Below, piece by piece: positions 16,260 to 30,807 of a stretch of DNA of 64,000 nucleotides (positions are counted from its first letter, which is position 1; every line of letters starts with the position of its first letter). The notes beneath the pieces were generated by a model. It had not been told where the DNA came from, made no database searches, and was given only the letters and a program-made list of their open reading frames with translations. Source of the stretch: Octopus vulgaris (lineage: Eukaryota); the NCBI GenBank assembly GCA_951406725.2, contig OX597822.1, positions 43,462,001 through 43,526,000 on the forward strand, written 5' to 3'. A program made the translations under genes and the position numbers.

Positions 16260-19200
16260 TAAATAAAGAAAAGACTGTGTTATCCAAACTTTCTCCTTTT
16301 AAAAGGCCGCAAAATGTTCTTTGGGGCAAAGAAGCTTTTAGAATAAAAGTATGTATGACTAACAGGAAGCTCAAGTGATAAACGATGCGTTTGAGAAGAG
16401 AAGCAGGTGACACGTGTTAAGGTCTTGACTGAGAATCGTCGACCTGAAAGTTCACCCAAGTAATGACAATGGATATATTTACAGAAAAGAGAACTGAGCT
16501 GCATTCCGACAATGAGCCAAAAAGAAAGAAGAGGAGCTACCGGTCATAACTCAATTCGCAATTCGAAGAAACAAAATACTCACAGGAAGAGTTAATAATT
16601 TCTAGTTTATAAGATTATCTTTGGCGACTTAAGTTGCTGTGACTTTCATCCTGTACCACAATCAATCATACTCCAGGCTCAGCTTTGTGTCCACACCTCA
16701 GACAGTGTTTAGATTTCTCATTGTTTATTTTCTAATTTATTAAATTTGTTTTTATGCATTTTCATATGTTGACCGTTTTAGAATGATATTTTGTAGTTTC
16801 GTATACTGTATAGTTTTTAGCTTTTTCGCAATTTCATCGTTGATTTCCTCTCTTTTCACAGCTGTCTGTTACTTCAGCTACTGTTTTATATTTGTTGGCT
16901 TCCCAGAAGACAAAAAACTTTTGTTTTGTATGTGTTTTGTAGCTATTTGTAATAATTTTCAATTTATTTTTTTGCTATTGTTCTTTACAAAGCGCAGCTG
17001 AAGAAAAAAGCATTTCTATTTGAATGAGTTTCTTCAAGGAGATTCCATTTGAAACACTTTGGATGTCTCTTCACACCGGGAATGACATGAGGTTTGTTTG
17101 TTTTGGATACTTTTTAACATAAATTTATTTTGTTTAGATTCAACTTAAAATGGCTTCTTGCCAAAAGGAAGAAAACCCCACCCAACAAGATATTTGAAAT
17201 CAACACATCAGCATAGAAGAAAAGAAAGAATAGAAATTTAATTACACAGCAGAACATCGGTATTCAACACGGAAAACTTAATGACCTTTTGACATATAAT
17301 AATGATATTAATTGGAAAAATTTCAACGATATAATTAACAAAAACGACAACAATAATGAATAACAACAATGCAAACTCTTAGTTTGCCAAATGAAGAAAA
17401 AAAGGAAAAAATAAGTCAAGCGACAAAAGTAGGATTGTCTGTTTTTCTTTTGCTCATGCTGCTAATGATACAGAATTGCTGGATATATATTCTCTGAGAC
17501 AAAATATGCTTGGAAGTATTGCGTGACCAGAGAGGGTGCTTCTCTACCTGAGATTTTCATCCAAGATTGAGAAAAGAATGCCTGTAGAGGATTGCATGCT
17601 AGATTTAAAAAAACTAAGAACGATTGAAGAAGAAAACTGTGTTTGTTCCCTTCAAACCTACCCATAGACTAATGTTAAAATATGCGTAATAACGTAATAG
17701 GAGTGACAAAATGGTGGAAGTTGGCAATGATGGTGGATCGCTGGTATGTTTGTAGGCTAGCAAATCCGCCACTATATAAGTTATAAACTGTTATGGCAAT
17801 GAAGAACTCACTTGAAATCACCGTCGGAAATAAATAAAAATAGTCAAATCTCGCTGAAACAAACTTTGCGAAGACGATAATACGGAGCTCAACAGCATCC
17901 ACTAACCTCCACCCTCCGCCTCAAAATTGCTACGCGTCTGCCTAAAAACTGGCAGAGATGAAAGAATATATGATAATTAGGGTTTTTCTGGTATTTGATG
18001 TTTAAGAGTGTCATTTGTTATTACATTCAAAGCCCCGATGGTTTCAAGTACGGATGTCGTTCTTAGAATCCTCATTTTAAAACCGCTAATTTAAGGTCAG
18101 TTTATTTACTTAGCTTTTCCAATGATTTTACAAAATTGTTGGCGTCTCCTGGGATTGATTTATCGCGGAAGTGTCAGCAGATGGAACTGTTGGAGGTCCA
18201 CGTTTTGCGACGAAACCATATTGCTTTTACTCACGTAGCGTCCAAGCATTTATGACTCGTTGAGTTATGTCGAACAGCTGTCATCGCATGCAGGAAGAAA
18301 CTGACTTTCGGCCGAGTCCATTATGAGGACTGCTCTGACACCTTTAAAAAGGCAGAACAGGCGGTGTTCCTCTCTCTATTGGCTATAGTTGTGTGACAGA
18401 CGAGGCTAAAATTACTGAAGAAAGTCACTTTTGTTCTTCGGCGGAGCTCTCATCGTTATCATAAAGAAAGTGCTCTCTTTCTCTCTCTCTCAGTGGGTTT
18501 GTCAAAAAGTGGGTGATTGTGGCAAAAGAAAGGTTTCAGTGAAAGGTGCTACTCTTAGCATGCACCTGTAGATTGGATGAAAATTCATGACTTTGTTGGT
18601 CAGGGTAATTCTGGATCTATGGATCCTGTGATTGCCCTTAGTTGGAATGTATCAGAAGGACTGCATCATTCGTGTTATATACTGTAAATATGTATAATGA
18701 TATGTATTCTTCTATCACATTTCATCATCTTTCCCGCTTTCTTTCTCCTCAGCGTTTATATAACCCACCACCCATAAATTGAAGATCGTCCTTGTCATGT
18801 GCCCCTCATGTATGCCCCTGTGGAACATAAAAGAAATCATCATCATACAAAGATAACAAACAAAAAAACAAAAACAATTGCAGTGTGGAAGCTGTTTATA
18901 AGCCATTTAAGAAACACAAAAAAAACGTTAGATTCACTTCAACATTTAAATTTAATTTGCCAAAATATTTTCGTCAATTTGAGACCGCGACCTGTTCACT
19001 GACACAATACCGTGCTGTTTTCGTTCCAGCACACGATCTTAGATCAGGTCACTTGCTATGCAAGTACATCTCCGTAATTCCCAAAACACAAAAAGGAAAC
19101 TCTTTTATAAAGAGTAATTTTTATATTTGCTTGTTGCAAGGTCAGTGACTGGTTGTCACTTATTTTCTATACACTACAAGCTGGAGCGAACTACTGCCGT

Positions 19201-19345
19201 ATGTAGCGGACGGGTATCCACCACCGAGAAGGATGAGCACAAAAAGCTCGAAATCGTATGGTTTGGTGGTCGTGTCGCTTGAAAATATTAGGGGTTCGCT
19301 CCCCTGCTTGTAATATATATTGGGTGCAGATTGCCTCGAATAGCC

Positions 19346-19430
19346 ATTCTTCTTTAAATCTTCTTTGTGTCTTGCTTGTGTCATCATGGCCTCCTCAAAT
19401 ACTTTCACTCCACTTCACTCCTGGCGGGGT
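19346..19430 (-). mobile_element. Short RTE-clade LINE 3' fragment
   Basis: Near-identical to 23951-24020 (KVFEEA.M.QARHKEDLKK). Confidence 0.6.
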
Positions 19431-19884
19431 TAAAATGGTAGTAACGTCAGTTCCTACAGGACAGCCATATTGAAGTGGCGATAAACATTTTTTGTCAGTA
19501 CAGTTACTATTTTCATCTTTTATAGAAATTTTCTAAAGTTTTTATATTTATTTTCACTTTACATAAGTACATCCTAAAATATTTGTTAGTCTCTCATACA
19601 ATTAAATTTACAATCTCGTTATTGAAAAGTGCCGTAAAATATTCACTTCCCTTTGCATCCGGCATGAGCATAAATTCATTTGTGATTTCCACATTGCACA
19701 AATGTACATCAATTAATGGCCTCCGCTGTTCTCTAATGAAACTTCAATTGTTAATGTCCGCCACTTACGACTGAATCCAAGACAGCGTGTCTGATTCCAC
19801 TTGTATCATATTCCATACAATAACGGCTGTAATTCTTCTGTAGATTCCAGCCATTGAGTGAATGGAAGCTTAGGTTACAATATA

Positions 19885-20010
19885 CAGGGTGATTCAAAAG
19901 TCACCATACATAGGAAAAAAATTTTTGTAGGAAACAGTTAAATAAAAAAAAAACTATTTATAATTAAAAAGTAAATTGCTCTTATGTATGGCGACTTTTG
20001 AATCACCCTG
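19885..20010. mobile_element. 126-bp Tc1/mariner-type MITE
   Basis: 28-bp TIRs cagggtgattcaaaagtcaccatacata / tatgtatggcgacttttgaatcaccctg (1 mismatch) with TA duplication on both sides. Confidence 0.9.
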
Positions 20011-20051
20011 TATATTAGAACACACTCGTCTATATCATTATCTTTATGATC

Positions 20052-20265
20052 AAGGCGGCGAGGTGGCAGAATAGTTAAAACGCTGGACGAAATATAAGCG
20101 GTATTCGCCCTTCGCTACGTTCTGTGTTTAAATTCCGCCGAGGTCGACTTTACCTTTCATCCTTTCGGGGTCGATAAATTAAGTACTAGCAAAATAGTGG
20201 GGTCAAAAAAATCGACTTATTCCCTGCCTCAAAAATAGCTGCCCTTGTGGAAAAATTTGAAACCA
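20052..20265 (+). mobile_element. SINE family A, near full-length
   Basis: aaggcggcgaggtggcagaatagttaa (A box), tttaaattccgccgaggtcgactttacctttcatcctttcggggtcgataaattaagtac, 3' end gcccttgtggaaaaatttgaaacc. Confidence 0.85.
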
Positions 20266-20810
20266 TTTTTATCTTTATAATATATATACGGGTATGTTGA
20301 ATGCATCAGCATAACATTATTATGAAATACTGTGAAAGAAAAACAGATGCATCTAGATGTGAAAATATGATGCCTCCCCCCATCGAATCTGATTTCATTG
20401 TTATGAACGATCCATCAGTCGGGAAGCCAGAAGTCAAAATAATCAGAGCAATATCTAGTCACCATTGTGAAGCTTAGAAGACAGTTCGGTGATGAATTTT
20501 GATTGAGATTATAATATAATCGAAAGTTTATGAAATGGATGTAAGACTGGGCTGCTGTATGAAAGGTAACTACCCTGTCCTTTTATGCTTGCAATTCGAA
20601 GTATGACACAGAATCTAGTTGTGTAAAAATTCACATAAGTGTTAAATATCAATATTGCATAAAACTGATGTTACTGTCCATGCGTTAGATATTGCAGAAA
20701 CCAATGCATTTATATAATGAACACACGCACATATGTCTGTATCCATATATATGTGCATGTATGTATTTATCCAAATATGTATCTATATACGTATATATAT
20801 ATATACACAC

Positions 20811-20851
<41 letters not shown>

Positions 20852-20981
20852 TATAAAATGCATACATAAACATACATACATACACATACATAAATATATA
20901 TATGAATATATATGTATATCCATGTTTGTATATATGTGTATATATACATATATGAATGTACACACATACACACATATATAT

Positions 20982-21882
<901 letters not shown>

Positions 21883-22571
21883 CACACACACATATGTTCT
21901 TACGTTCATAAGTAGATATATACATTTATCTATGTATGTATGAAGGTATCTATCTATCCATTTATCGACCTATTTGTATACGTATATATATATATATATA
22001 TATGCATACACGCACAAACATATTCCTTCTCATATTATTGTCATCGTAGACGTTTGAAATCATAATTTAGAAACTTATATATATATATATATATTCTAAC
22101 AATGTATCAATCTGAAAAACAACGGGTAATTTAGTGTTAACATACTTTAATATTTTAATATTTTAATGCACGGACTATTACACATCTAAGCAGGAATTAA
22201 AATCTGTGGCGAGAAAATTGAAAATAGCAAAAAAATAAATAAAAATGCAACGAATTTGATCTAATACTAATATACTATATTTTCATTTCATTTCCGGTGA
22301 GTGAATATTTATGTTATCATTGAAAAGAGGAATTTTATGAAATTGAACAAATAAACATAAATATAGAACAATTCAAATGCTATTTATCGTTTGTGTTTTT
22401 CTTTTATTTTTTTTTCTTGTTTCTGTTAGTTTTTTGTTTTTCTTTAATTTATTTTTGTAATCAAAAGTTTGATCTAGTTGTTTGCACAATTTATTCTGCA
22501 GATAGATTATATATAGATTTCTGTTTAATTATTTATGCATTTCAGTATATTTTTATGTGTTAATTATAAAT

Positions 22572-22734
22572 AGGCGCAGGCATGGCCGTGTGGTAAGTAT
22601 GTTGTTTCGTGACCACATCGTTCCGGGTTTACTCCCACTACGTGACACCTTGGGTAAACGTCTTCTAATATAGCCTCGGGCCGACAAAAGCCTTGTGAGT
22701 GAATTTGGTAGACGTAAACTGAAAAAAACCCGTC

Positions 22735-22780
<46 letters not shown>

Positions 22781-22970
22781 CATTTTCATATATCCATGTG
22801 TGTATGAGTCTGTGTTTGTTACCCCTCCTTTGCCTGACAACCGATGCTGGTCTGCTTACCTCCCCGTAACTTAGCAGTTCAGCAAAAGTGACCGAATGAG
22901 AACTAGGCTTACAAAGAATACGTCCTGGGGTAGATTTCTTCGATTAAAAACCCGAAACAAGTAAAAGAAT
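22572..22970 (+). mobile_element. SINE family B (tRNA head, CORE-like region, internal microsatellite)
   Basis: aggcgcaggcatggccgtgtggtaag..ttccgggtttactcccactacgtgacaccttgggtaa, internal (TA)n, then ccccgtaacttagcagttcagcaaaag. Confidence 0.8.
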
Positions 22971-23270
22971 ATAAGAATATAGGTAAACATGTACACATAC
23001 GCCCAGAAGCTTTTTCCATTTGACAGTCGTATCGTTAATCAAATATATTCAATGAGAATACAATATACTGAATTTCTGATAAGTGTACTTGGTAGGGAAA
23101 TGTCTGAGACATTTAAGCTATGCATCCATTTAATAAGACCGATTATATATTATATTATAAAATAAGAGTAGGAAAATTACATCCATATACGTCCAAAATA
23201 TTATTGTATGACTAGATATATACAGGATAATTAAATCTGAGAATGAGATTGAAACAGTAATCGCCCGATA

Positions 23271-23675
23271 ATGTAAAGTATAGAAGCCATCTTATCATGG
23301 CTAACCACATTGGGGAGGGGGTGTTACTGTAGCTTTATAGCCCCAAGAGATCTTCGTCTCTAGCTGGCTCTAGACACAATATCTGTGTCCTTGGAGTATT
23401 TGCAAAGGGAGGCCATCCCTTCCTCGCAAGCCTGAGTGATACGCTCGAACTAGTTTCGGGACTTTTGTTGACGAGGGACAAAAATCCCGAAACTAGTTCG
23501 AGCGTATCACTCAGGCTTGCGAGGAAGGGATGACCTCCCTTTGCAAATACTCCAAGGACACAGATATTGTGTCTAGAGCCAGCTAGAGACGAAGATCTCT
23601 TGGGGCTATAAAGCTACAGTAACACCCCCTCCCCAATGTGGTTAGCCATGATAAGATGGCTTCTACACTTTACAT
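23271..23675. repeat. Near-perfect inverted repeat (2 x 198 bp, 9-nt spacer), Penelope-like fold-back
   Basis: Arms 23271-23468 and 23478-23675 are complementary with about 3 mismatches. A truncated HHR core lies at the centre. Confidence 0.92.
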
Positions 23676-23837
23676 AGATATATACAGTTCTATATTTAAG
23701 AGATGAGGAATTATGTACGTTATTCATATTATTTACATTTTGACGGATTTTGTCCTCATCTTGTTTGTTGTTAGCAAAAAGATTCGGCTGATATACCCTC
23801 CAGCCTTCACCAGGTGTATATAGGGGATTTGGTGAAG

Positions 23838-24150
23838 CTTCGTTTTTGATGGGTTTTCAAATGAGATTTGAGCCCAGCAAAAGAATGGCGTGATCTGTCA
23901 CAGACTGTGCACACAAAATGTTCACTGAGATTCACCTTCTCGATCGCAACATTCTTCTTTAAATCTTCTTTGTGTCTTGCTTGTATCATCCTGGCCTCCT
24001 CAAATACTTTCTCTCCACTTCACATTTTTCTTCGCCATCCAACTCGACCCAAAGCAAGGGTTTCTATGGCATTTGAATCAATTCCAAGTGACTTCATAGT
24101 AGTCCTTTTGCCATCCTTAAATATCTTTTTAGGTTTGCACCGATTGCGTT
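23838..24150 (-). mobile_element. RTE-clade LINE 3' end with terminal C2H2 finger
   Basis: KPKKIFKDG..MKSLGID..ETLALGRVGWRR..FEEAR..FVCTVCDRSRHSFAGLKSHLKTH. Confidence 0.75.
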
Positions 24151-24992
24151 TATACATACATAATACATACATACATACATATATACATACATACATACAG
24201 CCATCACTGGAACTGTAAAAATCGGTAAGACCTTCCAGAAGTTTATCATTTATGTATATATGGACATGTTTAGAATGAAGTATACGCATGAGAATACATA
24301 CATAAAACAAAACATGAAAATTTACACATACATATACATACATACATACATGCATGCATACATACATACATACATACATACAAATATACCCTGTTGAAAT
24401 TGAAATTCCAACGAAAGAGTTTTGGATCTAGGTTATCATTCTCTACTGTCAAGAAATCTTGAAATAAAACTAAATAATGTCATATATACTTATAAGTATA
24501 TAAAATTGTGAACCAGGGAAATGAGGGCAGGAAATGAGTGACAGGTATAATAAAATGCGAACAGTGTACTATAAGAAAGAATAACAGTTTATTGTAATCG
24601 ATAGTTATACACTTTTCCTCATCGAAGTTGCGAGGAAATTCGATAAGCTCATAGTTTATATATAGGTGACATCTGGCTACTGGAGCCACTATACATGATA
24701 ATAAAAATCCAAGTTTAGAGCGTGGAACAGGTAACATGCAAGCTAGCTCAACACTTTACGTATTAATTATGCAATAAGCAATGTTTAAATTAGCTAATCA
24801 TCAGGCTGATTTACCTCAATGAAATGAAGTTTACATTGTCGCTCGGAATTTCTAAGTCAACTCCACCGCTGTGGTGCGTTGAGTGATTAGACTTCGGCTA
24901 TGCTGGGACACTGTTCTGAAGAGTTTAGCCTAAAAAAATCGACTATTTATATTTTGTTTCAAACCTAGCACTTGTAAAGCAGTGGTGGATAA

Positions 24993-25082
<90 letters not shown>

Positions 25083-25093
25083 ACACCCACACA

Positions 25094-25124
<31 letters not shown>

Positions 25125-25129
<5 letters not shown>

Positions 25130-25285
25130 CGCTTCTTTCAGTTTCTGGCCACCAAAATCATTCAAAAGGCATTCAATCTGTCCAGGGTTATAGTAGAAGA
25201 CACATGCCCAAATTGTCGCACAGTGGAATTGAACTCAAAGCAAATATGGTTGGAAAGCAGTAAAGCATGGTTGCACCTATACAGC
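25125..25285 (-). mobile_element. SINE family B 5' part, degenerate
   Basis: cttctttcagtttc..gttatagtagaagacacatgcccaa..cagtggaattgaactc. Confidence 0.65.
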
Positions 25286-25333
25286 CCCATCTACATTACA
25301 TATTCCCCTATATTTATTTGCATATATAATAAT

Positions 25334-25404
<71 letters not shown>

Positions 25405-25415
25405 TAGTAATAATG

Positions 25416-25448
<33 letters not shown>

Positions 25449-25923
25449 GTCTTGGTATAAAAGATGGGCTACAGCAAATATTCTGCTCAATACCACAGAT
25501 TTGCTTGTCAGTTGTTTGACCTTAACCAGTTTAGCATGGCCCTCAGTGGCTGACGATATGTGCATCTCTGATCACGAACAGAAGTAGTGGGGGAGCATCA
25601 TAGCCATGTGTTGAGAGGGATTCTTTGGGGTTTGAATAATTCACCTCTGGAAACATGGGTGATTCTTTCAACATCCTTAAACAACCCTTATTCAGGGACC
25701 GTTTGAGCGGGATGGGCTACTCAACCTGAAGAAAATTCTAACTGGGCCCCACCTGCAAGGTCATGTGTTGTTTATCTTGATATGAGATCACCATGTCACG
25801 CACATATGGTTGTGATTCATGTGCCTGGTGTACCTTCATCAGACGGGTAGTCATGATGGGTATATTGGGCTTCGTATATTTTACCCCAGTGTCACTTTGA
25901 TGGCATGAACTGCTCTCTCACTC
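25449..25923 (+). mobile_element. Non-autonomous Dong-derived element, 5'-truncated
   Basis: High identity to 8784-9259, with (AAT)n on both sides. Confidence 0.88.
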
Positions 25924-25959
<36 letters not shown>

Positions 25960-25966
25960 TATAATT

Positions 25967-25997
<31 letters not shown>

Positions 25998-26267
25998 TAA
26001 TAATAACAATAACAATAATAATAATGATAATAATAATAACAATAATAATAACTATAATAATAATAATAACAACAACAACAACAACAACAACAATAATAAT
26101 AATAATAACAATAATAATAATAATAATGATAATAATAATAATAATAATAATAGGGAGTATAACTCCAAACTTACAAATTAATATATGATTTTAATCGTTT
26201 GAATTACATAATAGTGGTTTTTCTCTAATTTTTATATATTATATATACATATATATATGTATGAATG

Positions 26268-26320
<53 letters not shown>

Positions 26321-26321
26321 A

Positions 26322-26369
<48 letters not shown>

Positions 26370-26731
26370 CGGAGCAATGAGTGACTGATGACGATTAATC
26401 AAATCTGAAATCATCGATAATATGACTCTATCTCTTCTCTTCCTTGTCAGTCGTTAGAAAAGCGCTCTCATGCGGCTAAGAGTTGTTTTGACTCTGATTT
26501 CTAGCAATACTGGTGCTGCTTAGCACTCTTGATCGCTTTAGTGACGACTGTTATTTTGCTTTTCAGTTATATACATGCATATATATATATATATATATAT
26601 ATGTATACACACATACATACTGTTGTAGGTATAACATATTCTTTGTCTATCTCCTTAACTTCTTGGAGATTTTAGGTATAATTATACTAATGTGTCCATC
26701 TGTTCTAATTTAATTAAATTCTATGTCTATG

Positions 26732-26818
26732 TGCAGCTGAAGATTGCTCTACATTTTAAATTGGTGCAATGATTTCATTGTTCAATTAAATGGAGTTGCA
26801 TGAAACGATCTTACTGCA
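26732..26818 (+). ncRNA. Type I hammerhead ribozyme motif with long stem II (slightly degenerate)
   Basis: tgcag-CTGAAGA-[long hairpin closed by tgc/gca]-GAAA-cgatct-TA-ctgca. Stem I tgcag/ctgca. One mismatch in stem III. Confidence 0.65.
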
Positions 26819-27011
26819 ATAACTCTCGATATCCTTGTTGCTTATTTTGATTTTAATCACCTTATTTTGAATTTGTATGGATAATACTGTACTAAATTCT
26901 GGAGCTTCAACTTAAGTACCATATTCATATGAATCTAAATTTTTGCTGAACTAATCTCCATAGATAGATAGATAGATAGATTGATATATTCATATATATA
27001 TGCATACATAC

Positions 27012-27061
<50 letters not shown>

Positions 27062-28852
27062 GGGTACTTATATAGATGTATGTATATATGTAAATAACGT
27101 TTTACGTAATAATTCCCAGTTGAGAGATCACAACTGTTGACAAAACTTATTATGCACAGATACTGACTTACACATACTCATACACATACATACATACACA
27201 CACACGAACACACACTTGCATAAATGCATAATAACACACACTGTCATACACAATTACACAGGCACACAGAGACATAAACACACGTAAGAGGATAAGTGTG
27301 AGCTTCATTTAATTACTTAAATTAAACGCATTAATGAAGCACGGAAGCCATCGCAGATTTAAAAGAAAAATATCTCAATACTCCATTCACAAAGTGTAAT
27401 AAAATTGATAAACTAAATAAATCAACTTCTCTTTTAAATGTCTTTTTGCTACTAAATCTTTCGGTTGCCTTTCTGGATTGAAAGATATTATTAATGGCTG
27501 GTACATCCGTGAAAATGTTTTGTATCGTTAACTTTGGTAATGTTTTAAAAAGCTGACTTTAATGTTTAACCTCCTCCATAATTCTCTCTCATAATTTGTT
27601 ACGTTGAAATATATATTATCCTATAAATTTTGTCAATGGTCTTAAACATGAAATTAGCAGATTCCATACGACACATTTGGTGATAATATTTTATCCTGCA
27701 CCCCAGTAGCGCTAAAACAATTTCATTGTTGTTGAAATTAGAGTGATCTGGGAAAGACTCAGTATTTGTCACTAGCAAAAGCATACCATGTATAAGGACT
27801 TGCCTGATGAAGCAAGCGACCCCGTTCTCTATGGAAGGGGAGTGCTGCGGCTTTCCAGCTAGACTGGTGCGCAGTCTGTTGCAGAATTTTGACCTGGTGC
27901 CTTGAAAACTCGAAGAAAGCCACTAAAGAGGTAAGCATGGCAGTTGAAACCAGCTGAAGGTGACTATGGTTGACAAAAAAACTGCAGTTCAAACCCTTCC
28001 ACTGGCGAAGACTAATTCAGTTTGCTCTGCCCCACTCAGACGAAATATACAGGTTAAGGGGCGAAATGTTTGTGAAACCTGAGAAACCTACTGATGACAG
28101 GGAAGAAGTTCAAACGTTACGATGGATTCAGAAGAAGAGCTTGCAATACTTTCCAACAGCTCAGGCAGTTGAGAAGTATCATGCATGGGGTAAAGTAATG
28201 CATAACCGATTTCTCGTTCACCTTTCATGAATTCTCTTAATACAATCTCACAGAAACCTAGAATCGATTCCATACGCCCCATATCGTGTTCATACGTAAT
28301 TTTGTGCAAAATTAAATCATACCTTGCAGCAGAATCATTGCATATTTGCATTATCCAGTAGCTGATAAAATATATGAGAATGAGTTTGGTCGAGATAAGT
28401 AAAGATTAAAGTGTGGTGGTTTATCTTTTGATTCTCTCCATTATATTTTCCGCCATACACGATTTCACATGATTTTGTATATTCATATATACACCCATAT
28501 AATTATTAACCATTGTCAGGATGTTTCATATATACGCAATGTCTAGGGGAACATATATGCTATCTATGTGGCAATAATATTTCATTAGACTTGTACGAAA
28601 CAGTGGCTGAAATTAGAAAACTTCACATGCTTTTACATTTACTAAATGATTTTATTTCATGCATGTATATAGAATTCATTATTTTGTTTTCCCTGTTCTA
28701 CTCATCGAGCTGGATCTTTATTCACCATAATATCCGCATGACCAGTTCTACAAATTATTGCTCTTCGTTTATTATTTTCAAATACTTATTAATCTGTTTT
28801 ACAGTAACACGTATTTGTTTTTTTAACATAGTTAGTAATTTTTACTGTGTAA

Positions 28853-29249
28853 TCTTTATATATAAAAGTGAAGTTGTGTGTCTGTCTCCTACGATTTGGA
28901 TTCCTAACTACTCCCACATTTTGCGGTGCAGTTTAACCAAAACCGGGTATCTCATAGTCGTGATTCATATCGGGCCCTTCTGGGTATTAGCGCGCGTCTA
29001 CAATGAGTCTACGATTAAAAAAAAATTACCATCATTTTTTTTCCATTTTAATGCATTTTTTCGCTATTATATAAGGGAGGTAACTCTCTAAAAATGTCTA
29101 CGATGAGTCAACGATTAAAAGAAAAATTACCATAATTTTTCTTCCCATTTTTAATGCATTTGTTTGCTATTTTTTGGCTATAACTCTCTAAAAATGCTTA
29201 TATAGTTATTTCCCTTACAAACCCGAGCAACGCCGGGCGATACTGCTAG
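28853..29249 (+). mobile_element. Non-autonomous Helitron
   Basis: 5' A|TCtttatatataaaa, subterminal hairpin cccgagcaacgccggg, 3' CTAG. Confidence 0.8.
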
Positions 29250-29497
29250 CATATATTACAACAATATACTGAAATATATGTATATACATACCTACGTACA
29301 CACGAGCATGTATTTGTGTCTCGGTCTATGTATGTGTGCGTGTATATGTACCATGGGATATATATATGTGTGTACGGTGTGTGTAAGTATCGTATACACA
29401 TAGAATATATTTAGGGACATGTAAATGTACACACACATAACGTACACACACATATGTATAAATATCCTCGAATCCACCTGGCAAGCATTAAGAAGAT

Positions 29498-29534
<37 letters not shown>

Positions 29535-29609
29535 AAAAAGAAGTTTGAAAACACGACTATATAAGATAAATTTTAATTTTCTTAGAAATTTTACATGTTG
29601 CCGACTTTC

Positions 29610-29982
29610 TTAGAAATGGCAGTCTTTCTTCGTTATAATCTATCTTGAATTGAATATTTTCATTAATTCCATTTAGTAGTATTTTAAATTCCTCAGGTTT
29701 TTCTATACTTTCATCCCAGAGGATGAAGCAGTCGTCGAGATATATTTTCCAGTTGTTCTGGATATAGGCGGAGAAATTGTTTTCATATTTTCGAGTGTTT
29801 TCTGTTAGAGTATTATTTCGAGGTATCCAATTACTAGGTTGGCAAAAGAAGGCACAGTACGCGTACCCATCGCTGTTCCCGATCTTTATCTATAATAATC
29901 ATTATTAAAAATAAAGTAATTGTTGTCTAAAATAGAACTTAGTCCTTCTATTATGAGTTCTTTATTTATGCGAGTTGGATAC
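29610..29982 (-). mobile_element. Penelope-like element RT fragment (pseudogene)
   Basis: ILDNNYFIFNNDYYR*..GTAMGTRTVPSFANLVIGYLE..WKIYLDDCFILW..INENIQF..LPFL. These match the Penelope-type RT motifs G.AMG, Y.DD and LPFLD. Confidence 0.85.
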
Positions 29983-30639
29983 ACACACACACACATACAT
30001 ATATATATAGATAGATATAGATATAGATATGGATATATATATAATACAGACAGATAGATAGATAGATAGATAGTTAGATAACAGGCAGGAAGATAGACGA
30101 TTCTATGCATGTTTATAAATATATATCGGTGTTCGGCCAAGCATTAGCTTTCTTTCTTGGTTCGACTGCTGGCCACTAAGCATCTCTTATATTCCTCTCT
30201 CATGACTTTCATCTCTTATGTTCATCTCCTATGTTCCTGTCTAAAGGCTTTCACTCTACCCACGTAAACTCATCTTGATTCGTCTTTATTGGTCGAAAGA
30301 CACCTGATATCATTTTCCTGTTATTTTCGTTTTTTTTTGTTGTTTACATTTGCTGGCTTTCTCCCAAGATATTTAATGTTCTTACCTTAGATTTTTGGGT
30401 CCAGCCAGATTTGTACAATCTGATGTGTAACCAGCCAAATCTGTGAGCATGATCTGGATACTTAACTGAGGAGGAACGGCTGCGACTGAACGTCTTTGTT
30501 TTATTTCTGTCCGTCTTTTAAATCCATTTTCTGGATTTATACATATGTGTGTGCGTGTGTGTGAGTGTGCATGTGTGTATGTGTGTATGTGTGCATGTAC
30601 ATGTGTGTGTGCCTCTGTGTGTTTGTGGTGTGTGTGCGC

Positions 30640-30684
<45 letters not shown>

Positions 30685-30807
30685 TGTGTCTGTGTATGTA
30701 CATCGTACTTTTTCATTTTTCGTTTTGTTTTTGAACCTCCCAGCTTCTCCAAATGCTCCATTCTCAACTTTTCACTTTTCTTCTCTCATTCAATTTTTAG
30801 TTCGTTA

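Noticed and set aside
26378-26430. CTGATGA-cgatt..aatct-GAAA hammerhead-like string
   Set aside because: There is no valid NUH triplet with a matching stem I.
28513-29091. 192-aa ORF
   Set aside because: It is a chance read-through of AT-rich DNA into a non-autonomous Helitron, with no Rep/helicase motifs.
30462-30497. CTGAGGA..GAACGTC hammerhead-like string
   Set aside because: GAAA is incomplete and stems I and II pair poorly. It may be a relic but I cannot support it.
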